A stretch of DNA of 63,901 bases, counting the filler, from Bonamia ostreae (taxonomy: Eukaryota), in assembly GCA_040357525.1 (NCBI GenBank). It is 45 parts of 45 records of this genome, joined end to end, with 100 filler letters (N's around TTAATTAATTAA, not from the genome) between each part and the next. Parts side by side here need not be neighbours in the genome. Positions count along the whole stretch, not along the records: positions 1 to 1,330 come from JBDODL010002020.1; positions 1,431 to 2,759 come from JBDODL010002021.1; positions 2,860 to 4,188 come from JBDODL010002022.1; positions 4,289 to 5,617 come from JBDODL010002023.1; positions 5,718 to 7,045 come from JBDODL010002024.1; positions 7,146 to 8,473 come from JBDODL010002025.1; positions 8,574 to 9,901 come from JBDODL010002026.1; positions 10,002 to 11,328 come from JBDODL010002027.1; 37 more parts are not named here. One strand, 5' to 3'. A model generated the notes under the pieces. That model had not been told where the DNA came from. It searched no databases and saw nothing but the letters and a program-made list of their open reading frames with translations. This document shows positions 1 through 11,800 of the stretch, one piece after another (positions within the stretch are counted from its first letter, which is position 1; every line of letters begins with the position of its first letter). The position numbers and the translations under genes are program-made.

Positions 1-232
1 AACTCATCTTGTTTAAATTTTGAAAATAATAAAAAATAAACTAAAAAAAAAAACAAATAACTAATTAAAAAAATAATATGAAAAAAAGCAACCCAAAAAA
101 TAACAAAATAGTAATCATTTCTCTACAAGCAGTAATCATACCCACTATACAAAATACATCCTACTAGAGCCAAATATTATCAACTGCTAAAAAAACAAAA
201 AATTAATTAAAAACCAAATTTAACAAAAATAG

Positions 233-1330
233 AAATGCAAAACGTTTTAGATCTATTCACAGAAAGACATAACCGAGTCCTGTTCTTATTGATGTTGGAA
301 ATGAACTTAGTGTCTAAAAACAAAGTGAGCCATCTTATCGGGAATATAATAAGAGACGTTTTAAAATACATCCTCAAAACCGGTAACTAAAAATTAATCC
401 AATTTAGCCTATCAACACAAAGACCTTCTTTGTTGCAAAATCTTGGCAGACGTTGCACAAACCATTTTTTCTGAAAACGACTGCATTTATGTTTACAAAA
501 CTTTAAAAAATTTAGCCGAAAATAAATTCTTCGCCGGTTTACAAATCATTTGATTACCACAGAATGCTTTTCGAAAGTTTTTTTTGTAATTTTTCGCAGT
601 AATTTGGGACGAGGAATCTAAAGATAATGCACCGTTAAAAGTTTCGCGATCGAAATCGATCTCCAACACAAATGAAAATGTTTTAAACCGTTCGAAAATT
701 TTGGATCACAAAGAAAAACTTGACAAAATTATTAAAAAATTTAGTTTTTAAATTTACTATCAAATTTATTTTGCAATTTAATGGAATCGAACAGATTTTA
801 GAACACAATTTATCGTTTATTAAAAATTAAAGACGATAATTTGGTCATTAAAATTTTGTAGTTTCGTCGATGATAATAAACGGCATAGAAACAGAAGATA
901 TAAAAAATATTTTGAGCAATATTTTAAATTCTGTATTCGAATCACCGGAAACACAAAAAAACATTTCTGAAATGTTAAAAGTTTTTATTAAAATTTTTAA
1001 GCATTATTTGGATGAATTCAATGAGACTAAAAATGTTTTCGCTGTTAAAATTGAAAAACCTCCAATTTTCAATTCAAAAAATAAATGGAAATTTATGAAG
1101 CGGCCATGTTTAAACGACCAATTTTAAATTAGGTGCAAATTATTATTTGAACAAAGAAAATGCAAAAATTAAATTTCAGTTACCAAAATCATTTCGAGGT
1201 GTTAGGAAAAGTCATTTGGACCAAGATATCCGTTTCTTTAATGGCGAATTTGTTGTTTTAATGGTTCACGCAGTTTTTTAATAAATTAGAAAAATTTTAA
1301 ATTTGCTTTAAAATTCGAAAAGACAAAACA
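233..1330 (+). CDS. Protist multi-exon gene fragment of unknown function (possibly SBF2-like helical region followed by a PH-like region)
   Basis: Frames can be joined through tiny GT-AG introns 383-407 (25 nt) and 1108-1132 (25 nt), giving MQNVLDLFTERHNRVLFLL...AYQHKDLLCCKILADVAQTIFSE and, further on, KRPC|ANYYLNKENAKIKFQ. Exon structure at 490-860 is ambiguous and the domain call is a weak resemblance. Confidence 0.55.
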
Positions 1331-1430
1331 NNNNNNNNNNNNNNNNNNNNNNNNNNNNNNNNNNNNNNNNNNNNTTAATTAATTAANNNNNNNNNNNNNN
1401 NNNNNNNNNNNNNNNNNNNNNNNNNNNNNN
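1331..1430. other. Artificial contig linker N44-TTAATTAATTAA-N44 (first of 44 identical linkers, about every 1.42 kb; last at 62486-62585)
   Basis: Every gap is exactly 100 nt with the same central palindrome, which gives stop codons in all six frames. Flanking contigs decrease monotonically from 1330 to 1316 nt. Separate internal N10 gaps lie at 22137-22146, 40491-40500 and 53170-53179. Confidence 0.99.
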
Positions 1431-2053
1431 TATAAGTTTTACACTAGCTTCAATGTTTCAAGAAAATTCACTCAATAAATATTTTCCTCCTTTTAAAAAA
1501 GTCACAGATTTTGAAATAGCCGCGTTATGATTAGTGAATTGTGTCCAAGTGTATTGATTGGCAACATAGCTGATGTATACTAAACATTGACCATAAATGT
1601 GCGTTCATATTAGGAAGATCTTAAAGCTTATTAGTTATCACCCTAAAATTATAGACAACATTTCTAAAAGTACAAAAGAATAGAAAATCAAACATGTTGG
1701 ATTTGCAAGAGGAAAAAAAATCAATGGTTGAGATATAATAGAATCAATTAGAATGTCAATTTTTAGTAAATTTGTCCTCATAGAAGAGTTTTAAAGAGCG
1801 TGCTCATCAAGATTTGATAACACATTTACAAGACAATGCAGTAATTTCCGATACATGTATTACAGACACTCTCTCTGTCTCATAAGAACGTTTTGGTAAA
1901 TTCTCAATATAGTAGTTTATCGAAGAGTTCCGACTCAAATATAGCAGTGCTTTAGAGTTTGAAGTAGCCCTTCCCTGGATCCCAGATCCCACCTTACAGC
2001 TGTTCTCTGCCCTCTCGGGATGCTCTGAAGGTTCTTATGGCTTAGGATTGCGT

Positions 2054-2715
2054 CCTATCTGTGCTTTTTGCAAGTAAAAAGGTCATTGGATTGGCGAATG
2101 TTTTGACCTTATGAAAAAATATTACCATGATAAATCACAGCAACATTATTTTACAGTGTTTAGAAATGATAGGGAAGTATTTGTTTTGCTCTAGACTCGT
2201 GATGTGTAAGGGTAAACGTCCAGTTCTGTTAATTCTATGAAGGATTAAAATCCCTTTTGTCCTGGGGATTTGTTTCATTCAATTGTCCTGGTAAAGTTAA
2301 ACCTATTCAGATTTTGAGAAACGCTGTCCATGTTTTGTTGCCAGAGAATGTTTGCCTTTATATGAGCATACTTCTGTTGGTGGGTTAGTCTTATCACAGA
2401 ATGTGGAGCTACATGCAGGTTCCTTTACATATACTTTATCTGAAATGAGATTTAGTTATTGGGTCAGATGTCTGTGGTGTTTAATTAACTCTTCTTGTTC
2501 GATGCGTGTCATGTTGCTAGGCATCGACTTACCTGTTGGCAACGTTGCACCGGATCTCACAGTATTAAAGAAAATTACTTTCCAATGTCGCGCCCGAAGA
2601 TGAAGAGGATAACTTATATCTAGCCTTTGATATTATTGGGGCAAAGATCAGATGAAAGGAAATGAAAACCGATCTTGTTCATATCATTAAATTGACCTCA
2701 TCAACACTTTCCTGT
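2054..2715 (+). mobile_element. Degenerate Ty3/gypsy LTR retrotransposon, gag zinc knuckle and protease region (host)
   Basis: CAFCK*KGHWIGEC at 2060-2101 is a CX2CX4HX4C knuckle. It is followed by GFVSF..KPIQILRNA..LLPENVLPL, LHILYLK*DLV and LLGIDLPVGNV, typical of aquatic-invertebrate gypsy gag-pro. Multiple stops and frameshifts. Confidence 0.75.
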
Positions 2716-3088
2716 TTGACTTTGATGAGAGTTCCTGTGAGAACAAAAATAAAAACTGANNNNNNNNNNNNNNNNNNNNNNNNNNNNNNNNNNNNNNNNN
2801 NNNTTAATTAATTAANNNNNNNNNNNNNNNNNNNNNNNNNNNNNNNNNNNNNNNNNNNNTTTTTGGGAATTTTTTTTGTTATTTTCTTTTGAATCAAATC
2901 TCCGTAGTCTTTTAACAATAACTTTAAAATTGGCTCATTTTTTAAAAACAGTTTAATTATATCGTTTTTTTTGAATTTCAAACATTTGCAGATCAATTTA
3001 TCGAAATTTGCTAAAATCCAGTTGATATATGTACTTTGTTTTTCCGAAAAAATGGAAAGCTGAAAATAAATCACTTTAATAAAATTAG

Positions 3089-4105
3089 GACAAAAAGCAA
3101 ATCGCTAGAACGTTAAAAGAAGAAGCGAAAAACTGCCAAAAATTAATTTTGTGGTTGGACTGCGACAGAGAAGGCGAAAACATTGCATTCGAGGTCATTG
3201 ATATTTGCTTAGCCGCAAATCCAAAACTGAACATCAAAAGAGCAAAATTTTCCGCATTGATTCCAAGGTATCCGCGGATACAATTTATAACAATAAAATA
3301 TCTCTTTTAATAAATCGAATTTGTAACAGCGATTCGTAAATTAATGTACAAAAAATAAAGAGACATTCATTTTGCTATATCACATTTAACGGAGCCGTCT
3401 AAAGAGCTCAGTGAATCGGTTGAAGCCAGAATGGAAGTCGATTTGAGAGTCGGCTCTGCGTTCACTCGATTTTTAACTGATAAGTTACAAAACAGGTTTA
3501 GTGGTTTGGACCAGAGAGTAATAAGTTACGGTTTCTAAAAAATCAAAATAGGTCCATGTCAGTTTCCAACTTTGGGCTTCGTAGTGAGACAATTTTGGAA
3601 AATCAAAAATTTTGTTTCGGAAAAATTTTGGTTTATCAAAATGGCTATTCAACATGAAAATCGTTTTTAACAAATTTTATAAAAGCGATTTTCAGTAAAA
3701 CAAAAATTTTATTGCAATTGAAATGTGCTAAGTAAATATTATTAACATAAAAATTAAAGTGGAGAGATTTGATTAAATTTTATTGACCAGAAAAATTATT
3801 GCCATTAAATGCAAATTGACGTTGCTAAAATTTTGCAAATTCTAATTTTTCACACACAATTTTTAAAAAGAACAAATTGTTTTCAATTGGAAAAGGCGAA
3901 AACTATTTGATCACGCGATTGCATTTGTAATTTTTGAAATGCTTTTTGATAATCCGACAGCGTCAATTATTTCCGTCGAAAGAAAGCCTGTGACAAAATA
4001 GTTTTTAACATAAGATTTAATAGCAAGCCGTTACCTTTGACGACGGTCGAGCTACAAAAACTTTCCGCAATATATTTGAAGATATCCTCCAAAAAAACAA
4101 TGGAT
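3089..4105 (+). CDS. TOP3A: DNA topoisomerase III alpha, internal fragment (protist); exons 3089-3267, 3361-3530, 3552-3662, 3871-4000, 4024-4105
   Basis: Spliced translation gives [18 protein letters not shown] (Toprim), [42 protein letters not shown] and [12 protein letters not shown]. The ORF track misses it because of short introns. Confidence 0.95.
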
Positions 4106-5914
4106 GTTTTTGGCAAAATTATTACAACGAAAAACATTAAATTGCAAACTCTTTAATATTAAAATCGTAATATTTTAATAAACAAAAANNNNNNNNNNNN
4201 NNNNNNNNNNNNNNNNNNNNNNNNNNNNNNNNTTAATTAATTAANNNNNNNNNNNNNNNNNNNNNNNNNNNNNNNNNNNNNNNNNNNNATTTGATTACCC
4301 GTGCTGGTCAGCTCGTCATAATTTCGCATAGCTACAATGTATATATGCATTTATCTGTATCAACGCAAGAATTAACCCAAACTTCAATGGATTTGTCATC
4401 CTATTTACACATAAAACTGGCTATTTTTCATATAGATTTTCCACATGCAAGACTCGTTTAAATTCTTCTTATCACGATCAGGGTTAATAGTAAACTTTAT
4501 ATGAAATGTAAATATTTTCTTCTTGAACGTTCACTTTACATGTACTTTAAAGAGGAAAGTGGGTACATGTATATTGCTATGGTGGCAAATACGTTTTGAG
4601 TTGATGCATTGAATCAGTTGTACCGTGTGCATTATGATATTAGTACACCACATACATGTACAGATATGTGTGACAGGAAACGTCCTTTCGTTATTTTACA
4701 CCCTTAAGTTATCTGTGAACTGTTGAAATTTATTTTTTGCTGAGCGCTCCACCTTCTCACAGTATTGTGGATATAGCAGTAAACGAATAAAACAAAGCAA
4801 ATGCGAAGATCCTAGATTAAGCTAAATAACATTAATTTTAAATGATACAATTCGGTGTAAATAAAGAGTTTGTGAATTGGCATGGTAACTTACTTCAGTC
4901 TAGATATTAAGGAATACAAAATTACGCCGAGATTAATTTTCTTCAATTAATATAAATACCTTTAAACATACCCTGTGGTTGCTGTTGCATCAATTTATAA
5001 GCTTCTTTTGCGCTGAAAGATAAAAATGGATTCTTTTTACAGTAACTCCAGGTATACAGACACTTCGTCACGTTTGTTTGTTCTCCAATACAAAAGGACA
5101 TCAATATTAAACTAGTATATTGTTATAGGTTTATATACTAAACTTTCTAATGCTACATTCAAGGTTTTGTTTTGCCTTGTATTGTAATTATATATTGTTT
5201 TGAATATAACTATTGATCAGTCTTTAGATAATAACGAATTTGTCTTTTTATTAGGTATTCAATGTATAATGAAGGATAATGAAAACAAATTGAAGGGCTT
5301 AAATCAACGAATTCGGTAGGTAGGTATGTTTGGATTTTACATGAATACAGTATGACCTTTATTCACTTACTATGTGAATTCATTACAACGTTGTGCGTCC
5401 ATTTCTGAATAATGTATGTGATACTTGTCCGTACTGTTGCATCCATACAGTTTACTGCTCTGCTTCACCTGCTCTACATATGTACTATTGAGGAAAACAA
5501 AATCATTTAATAGTACATGTTAAGATTTTCTAAGATACAATACATTTTCAATGTATGATCAACAGCAATTAACAATTTATCTTAATAACAAACGTCTCCA
5601 TCGTCAACTTCTCTTATNNNNNNNNNNNNNNNNNNNNNNNNNNNNNNNNNNNNNNNNNNNNTTAATTAATTAANNNNNNNNNNNNNNNNNNNNNNNNNNN
5701 NNNNNNNNNNNNNNNNNTATATATTTTTACGCTTAAGGACAAATGACATTTCCAAATACTTGGACACATGCTATGCATGCATTTCATTAATATTCAATTA
5801 TTATGCTTTCAACTTTCCCGAAATATCTATACTTCTCATGCCAAATACTGGTATGATTATTGTTACTGTATTTCTCTGTAATTAAAGGAATTGGTCTATC
5901 CTCCATTGATTGTT

Positions 5915-6017
5915 AACCGCCGCAGCGTTTGCTCCGTATCCCGAAAGTCAGGGTTCGAATTCCAGCCGCGACAGACGTCTGCATAGGAGTGAACATGTTT
6001 TCGAGAGGGACGTTAAA
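5915..6017 (+). mobile_element. Truncated tRNA-derived SINE (host)
   Basis: B-box GGTTCGAATTCC followed by AGCCGCGACAGAC and a 3' end ...TTTCGAGAGGGACGTTAAA resembling the other SINE copies in this window; internally deleted. Confidence 0.55.
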
Positions 6018-6282
6018 GAAGATATAATATATCCGTTGTTTTTGGTTCGGGGTATTAATCTTACCGAAAAATCGCAATGTCGTAGTCTGTAAATACTTTC
6101 TTGATTATTTACGTTTTTGTTGATTTGTCTCTCAGTGCATTTCAGCTTATTGAATCTAATTCATTACAGTGTCATTTCTGAATAGCTCAATTATGCTCAA
6201 ATGCTTTAAATCTAAATGCTGATTTTCTAGAACATTGCTGTGATGAAAGTAAATAATTTTGAGTTACATTGTCAACTTATAG

Positions 6283-6493
6283 AGAAGCCCATGCAAGGCA
6301 TCTAGAACAACGTTGAGGTATACGATGGCATGCCCAACGAACCAATCAGCGCTGGAAGAAAGAAGAAATGCCTTGAAGTGTGAAGTTGAATCTCAAAACT
6401 GTACAGATCCAACTAATCTTAAATATCACTGCGTGATGAATGAATATGCAAACCATCTTGTTGAAGTGTGCGCAATTGCAACAAAAATAGTGG
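6283..6493 (+). CDS. Exon of a Cys-rich uncharacterised bivalve multigene-family protein
   Basis: Bounded by TATAG and GTGAG. Encodes CPTNQSALEERRNALKC...QNC...YHCVMNEYANHLVEVCA..IVG, a Cys/YHC/EVC pattern I recognise from oyster uncharacterised proteins. Confidence 0.65.
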
Positions 6494-7421
6494 GTGAGGA
6501 GAGGATATGTGAAAAAAGTTGCTTTCATATGAAAATGTTATATACTAGTAATGTGAAGATTTAACTGTCAAACATGATATGAACCAGCCACGAATCTTTA
6601 ATTCAAAATTCTTCTAAAGTAATAGAAAATCAACTATCATCTACATGAAACAGTTATTCGTGGATTGAATTCAATCAATGTAAAAACCATAGATGTTCAC
6701 AACGTGCAAAATTAGTTTTGTTTTCACCACACTTCATCGTTTGCATCTAAGCCTTAATGACAGTCAAACTTGGTATCTTTCAGTCAATATTTTCGACACA
6801 CAAAATTAAGTAGGATTCTGCTGTGCTTACGCTATATTTATTTGACCAAACAACTATGATCATTGATATATGTACATTAAACACACAAATTAAAAGTAAT
6901 TTTGAAGGATCTCAATTTTGGTTATTTTCTATAGAATATTTGATTAGAAATTCGGAAATAATGCTAGAAACAATTGGATTTCAAGAAAACATTGTACATT
7001 GTATAGTAAATATTAGTTTTTAGTAATATCAAAATATTTACAAACNNNNNNNNNNNNNNNNNNNNNNNNNNNNNNNNNNNNNNNNNNNNTTAATTAATTA
7101 ANNNNNNNNNNNNNNNNNNNNNNNNNNNNNNNNNNNNNNNNNNNNAGAATTTCTTATTACCAGATTATTAGTGTTTGATCAGGACTTGAAAAAACTTAGC
7201 TTCATCGTCTGTCTAGATAAAAAAAAAATTAGAAGTCATAATGACCACTAAGTAAGAATTTGCGTTACACTGGATTTTTCTAGAACAACACATGGCTTGA
7301 AAACTGAAAAAAAAAATGAATTTTCTTCAAACTTCAGTAATAAATATTCTGATTTAAGTACAGCTTTGTAGTTGTGAACATGTCTTTGAAATATTTAAGT
7401 ATATGTATTTATTTGTTTTAG

Positions 7422-7688
7422 AACCAGAGGATCCTTCTTGCTCTAAAGCGACGTACCAATCAACAAATAATTCGATAACGATATTAGGAGAGAGCATTTC
7501 AGCTACAGGTGCTAATTCATATAAAGTATGGGAATTCAAGAATCCGGATACAGCGCAACTTATTCAACTCAACGATGATGCAACTTTCAACTATTTAACA
7601 AGAAGTACCTATTACACGTTTGTTGTCAAATCTGAAAGTCCAAACGGGAAGTTCAGCATTGGAAGATGCAATATTTCAGCAACAACTA
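7422..7688 (+). CDS. Host exon, extracellular beta-sandwich (cadherin-like) domain
   Basis: TTTTAG acceptor, GTAGG donor, phase-1 exon of about 89 codons with alternating hydrophobic strands (YTFVVKS, CNISA). Domain identity is tentative. Confidence 0.45.
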
Positions 7689-8573
7689 GTAGGTTTTTAT
7701 TATTGTATTTCATGTGTTAAAGTAAACACTCTCCTTTTGACTCACCTGATATATTGTTAGAAGGGTGGGTCACGGACCTTATTCTGAAAAACCACGGGAG
7801 ATGAGATTTGAGAAGAAAGATAGAGATTTTTCGAAAGTTCGGCAATTTGGGTCATAAGTATATTTAAAACATCAACTATATGATGATAGTTTACACCGTA
7901 ATAAATTCATTTAAACATATGCATAACAATATTTTTATCAGTGGAATAAGCATAATACAATGCAATTAATAAATACCGTCTCCGGAATTTTTCAGCAATT
8001 ACTAAACTTCGAACTGTTTACATCAAGATGCTAACTTATGTAGTGTCATGATATTGTCCTTTTATCGCTTTAGGTACCGGTGTACTCATATTTGAAATGC
8101 ATTCCTATTTCAATATTTTTTAATTTAAATTTTTAAAAAATGATATATTTTTTATGAATATTTCTACTATGTCTTTGATTATAGGACTTAACATAATTAG
8201 TATCATATTATCCTTTTATTAAATGAATTGTATATGTACAACTTCTTGTGTTTAAATAAGAAAACGTTTGAAGATAGAAACAATTTGTGGTGTGTATCAA
8301 CTGAGAAAGAGAAAAACGTTTCCTGATTTTTAAGTGTGTTGTACAGATTAAGCTAATTGGTCCATTTCACATGCTTCATACATTCTATACAATGATAGTT
8401 TACGAAAAGACATTTATATGATTAATAGTTTCCAGATGCTTCACAGATTCCTTTTCTAACTCTAACATACTACNNNNNNNNNNNNNNNNNNNNNNNNNNN
8501 NNNNNNNNNNNNNNNNNTTAATTAATTAANNNNNNNNNNNNNNNNNNNNNNNNNNNNNNNNNNNNNNNNNNNN

Positions 8574-8885
8574 TAAAAAACGATTTTTTCGTTCAATGTT
8601 TTTGAGGGCAATAATGTTTTCTTTAAGATTTTCCGCGGCGCTAAACTTTAAAAATTCTTCTTCGACTCGTTTCATGGCAATTTTGACCAAATCTCGTTTG
8701 TTCAAATAATATTCGATGGACCTTTTTTTCTTTCTAAACAGATTTTGCTGAAAGTTGTTTTCAGGAAATATTCGGATTTTTCTGCTCGTCCAATTCAAAT
8801 TTGGCGGAGCATTAAATTCGTAAAAAGATAATGTCGATTCATTTGAAAATTTTACTTTTTTGTTGTTGAGAGCTTTTTCAGACAT
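8574..8885 (-). CDS. Protist hypothetical protein, 5' part (3' end cut by the contig end)
   Basis: ATG-initiated ORF of about 104 codons in an AT-rich, CpG-retaining contig; N-terminal KKVKF motif. Confidence 0.5.
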
Positions 8886-11800
8886 TTTAGAAAAAGAGTT
8901 ATTATGTGCACTTTTTATAAAATAATTTACAAATTTTAAGTTACCAATTTGAGTTTTTCGATTAAATTAAGAATTCGTTCGCTGAAATAACGGATTGGTG
9001 CCACATTTTTGTTTTGTATTTTGGCGTAAATTTACTTTTAAACAGTTGTTGTAGATATGATATTTTTGATATCGTATTTAAATTTTTTCGTTATTTCACC
9101 TTTGAACATTATTTCAATTATTCTTCTGTTTTTACCCAATTCGTCTGTTTTATAACTTTGACATTTCTATGCAAATTCCAAACCTTTTTGTCGTTTCAAC
9201 TATTCCTTCAATTGATTTGTTTCCTTTCTTTCCAAAATAATGATCTGTTTTATTAATATCTACGAACTGGTCACACAACTTTTGGAAAGTATATATTAAC
9301 TTTGTCTTATGCATTAAAACTATTGGGACAACATTCGCTTTGAGTTTCACTTCTGTTCGTTTTGCGATTTTAGCTATTTCTAACTTGCTGTTAGAAGCTG
9401 CCGTTAGAATCAAAAATAGGGATTTGCTACGACGGACAGGTCAATGCCCTTATCCCATAACGGGTAATAACAATAATGGACGTGATAACAAATAGGAAAA
9501 ATTTTTTATTTTTGTAGTTTCTTACAAATAATGAGATCAATCGAACAAATATACTCGATTTTTTTTAATTCCACCAGATGATTTTATTAACAAAAGTGAA
9601 CTAATTTTTAATATCGAATTAAATTCCAGGCCGTAACGAAGGATTTATTAAATCTGTCAATTAAAAAATTTGAAATTCGATTAATTTTTTCAGAATAATC
9701 CAAAAATTGACAAATTTTATTTACTGAGAACAAGTTGTACAATTATCGAAATAATAGTGAAGAACAAAATAGCAGCTGCAAAACTTACGAACGGCAGAAA
9801 TATATTGATTTGATAACAAAATCTTTGGTGTCCCTTAAAAACAGAACATAAGGCAAGATTTTGTTTCTATTTCTGATTTATCGTAAAACCAAAATAAAGT
9901 ANNNNNNNNNNNNNNNNNNNNNNNNNNNNNNNNNNNNNNNNNNNNTTAATTAATTAANNNNNNNNNNNNNNNNNNNNNNNNNNNNNNNNNNNNNNNNNNN
10001 NCCATGTCCTTTCTTTCATGAAATGAATAAATAATTTGTGTAAGAGACTTTATATAGACAGTGTTATTGTTGAATAGATTAATGGTTCTATGCAAAAGAC
10101 AAAGCAAATCAATTCTTTTGAATTATTAATGAGAACTATCAGTCATCAGATTGTACTTGTACTCGTATCACACGAATGGTGTTGAAAATGAGGTGTGGCT
10201 TGCGTAAATATTGACGCAAAGGTTTATGAAAAAAAACCCATCGCTGGCAGAAACTGACAGCGTGAAATTGATTGGCTTAACGAAAGGTCATACGACCTGA
10301 CCCTCTGGCAGGTTACGTCAGATCCTAGTAAAGCGATCTAGGTGCACGGATGAAAGGATATGATTTTAATCAGATTGATATCTGTTCAGAGCGCTCTCGT
10401 TTAATTTTCGGGGGAGGGAGTGGGGGTCAAGGGATTTAAAAAAGTAAGATAAATAACTTGATGAGCTGAAGGCCCGAGGTGGGAATGTTTTTCTGAACTA
10501 TTCAGTATACCATCTTGTTACTTATCCATTATTGAAACTTCACCAGCTTGAGGTAAAATACAAATTTAAACCTATGTTTCGTGCTTATGTTCGTAGCAAT
10601 GAGGTTCTTTAAAGTGTCAACGCCTGCTGTGACAAGGACCTCCGTTTTTAAGGTTATATATCTAAAAGAATGTGGAGTGTTTGACAAAGGAGCAATCATT
10701 ACCAATTCTAGTCTTATCTTTAACACGAGCATGAGCTGGGATCAAAGTCATGAACTACCGTGTTCGTTGAAGGATTTTCTAAAGCAGAATAACGTAAAAA
10801 GCCAGTGTTTGTAGACGAGGCTTTATTCAGTATAGTGAACACACAATATCTAATGAAAATCTGAAAATGATATCGAACAACGGGTATTAACATTCTGATA
10901 GAATACAATTCTATAAAAGCATGACAGTAAACGTTTTCCATCCATACAAAAATGAATCTGATTTATGACCATGATATTAAATTTCAAACGTAAGTTTTAT
11001 CTATTTCTGAAATTCGATTATCAAATTTAAAAAATGATTAGATATACACCAAGCTATAGATAATTATACTGCATCATCAAATATGTTAATGTTCGGTATT
11101 AAATATCAACATGTACATGTAACCTGGCCTTAAACTGCTGTAACCGATAAAGTTTAAAACATTACAGACATCAATCATGAAAATCACCTGTGAACCATCG
11201 ATTGTCTATACATAAAGATATGAAAAATATCAATAAACTTTCACTGTGATAGGCAAAACAAAACAACAGTTTGAACGGCGTGTACGTAAGCATGTAGTTT
11301 GGACAACAGAAATTGTCATTCTCTACCCNNNNNNNNNNNNNNNNNNNNNNNNNNNNNNNNNNNNNNNNNNNNTTAATTAATTAANNNNNNNNNNNNNNNN
11401 NNNNNNNNNNNNNNNNNNNNNNNNNNNNTGTTTATCCATCATAAAGTATCGTCGAAGTACGCATTGATTTGATAAATCATGTTGCATTTCAAAAGAGAAA
11501 TTATTCATGCTTTTGCAATATCTGTATTCAGAGAGCATATTTCAAATGCCAAACACTGACAACAGATATTGTTTTGTATTTTGTCCAAGGTTAAATAAAA
11601 TCAATGTATGAGATATCCGTGTCTTTTATATGATCGATTGATTGGTGTACACTTAGCGAGTTAATGTGATAAAGATATATGCGCAGTCTTGCCAACTGCA
11701 TTAGATTCATATTAATGTAGATATTCTAAAATGGCTTTTTCTGAACAATATCTAAACAATCCGATTATGACTATAATTGGGATGAAAACAAAACCCAGAA

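Noticed and set aside
2808-3074. Minus-strand ORF ending in X residues, and similar ORFs that run into linkers
   Set aside because: Their ends are set by N-runs and linker stops. This one is low-complexity sequence upstream of the TOP3A exon with no recognisable motif.
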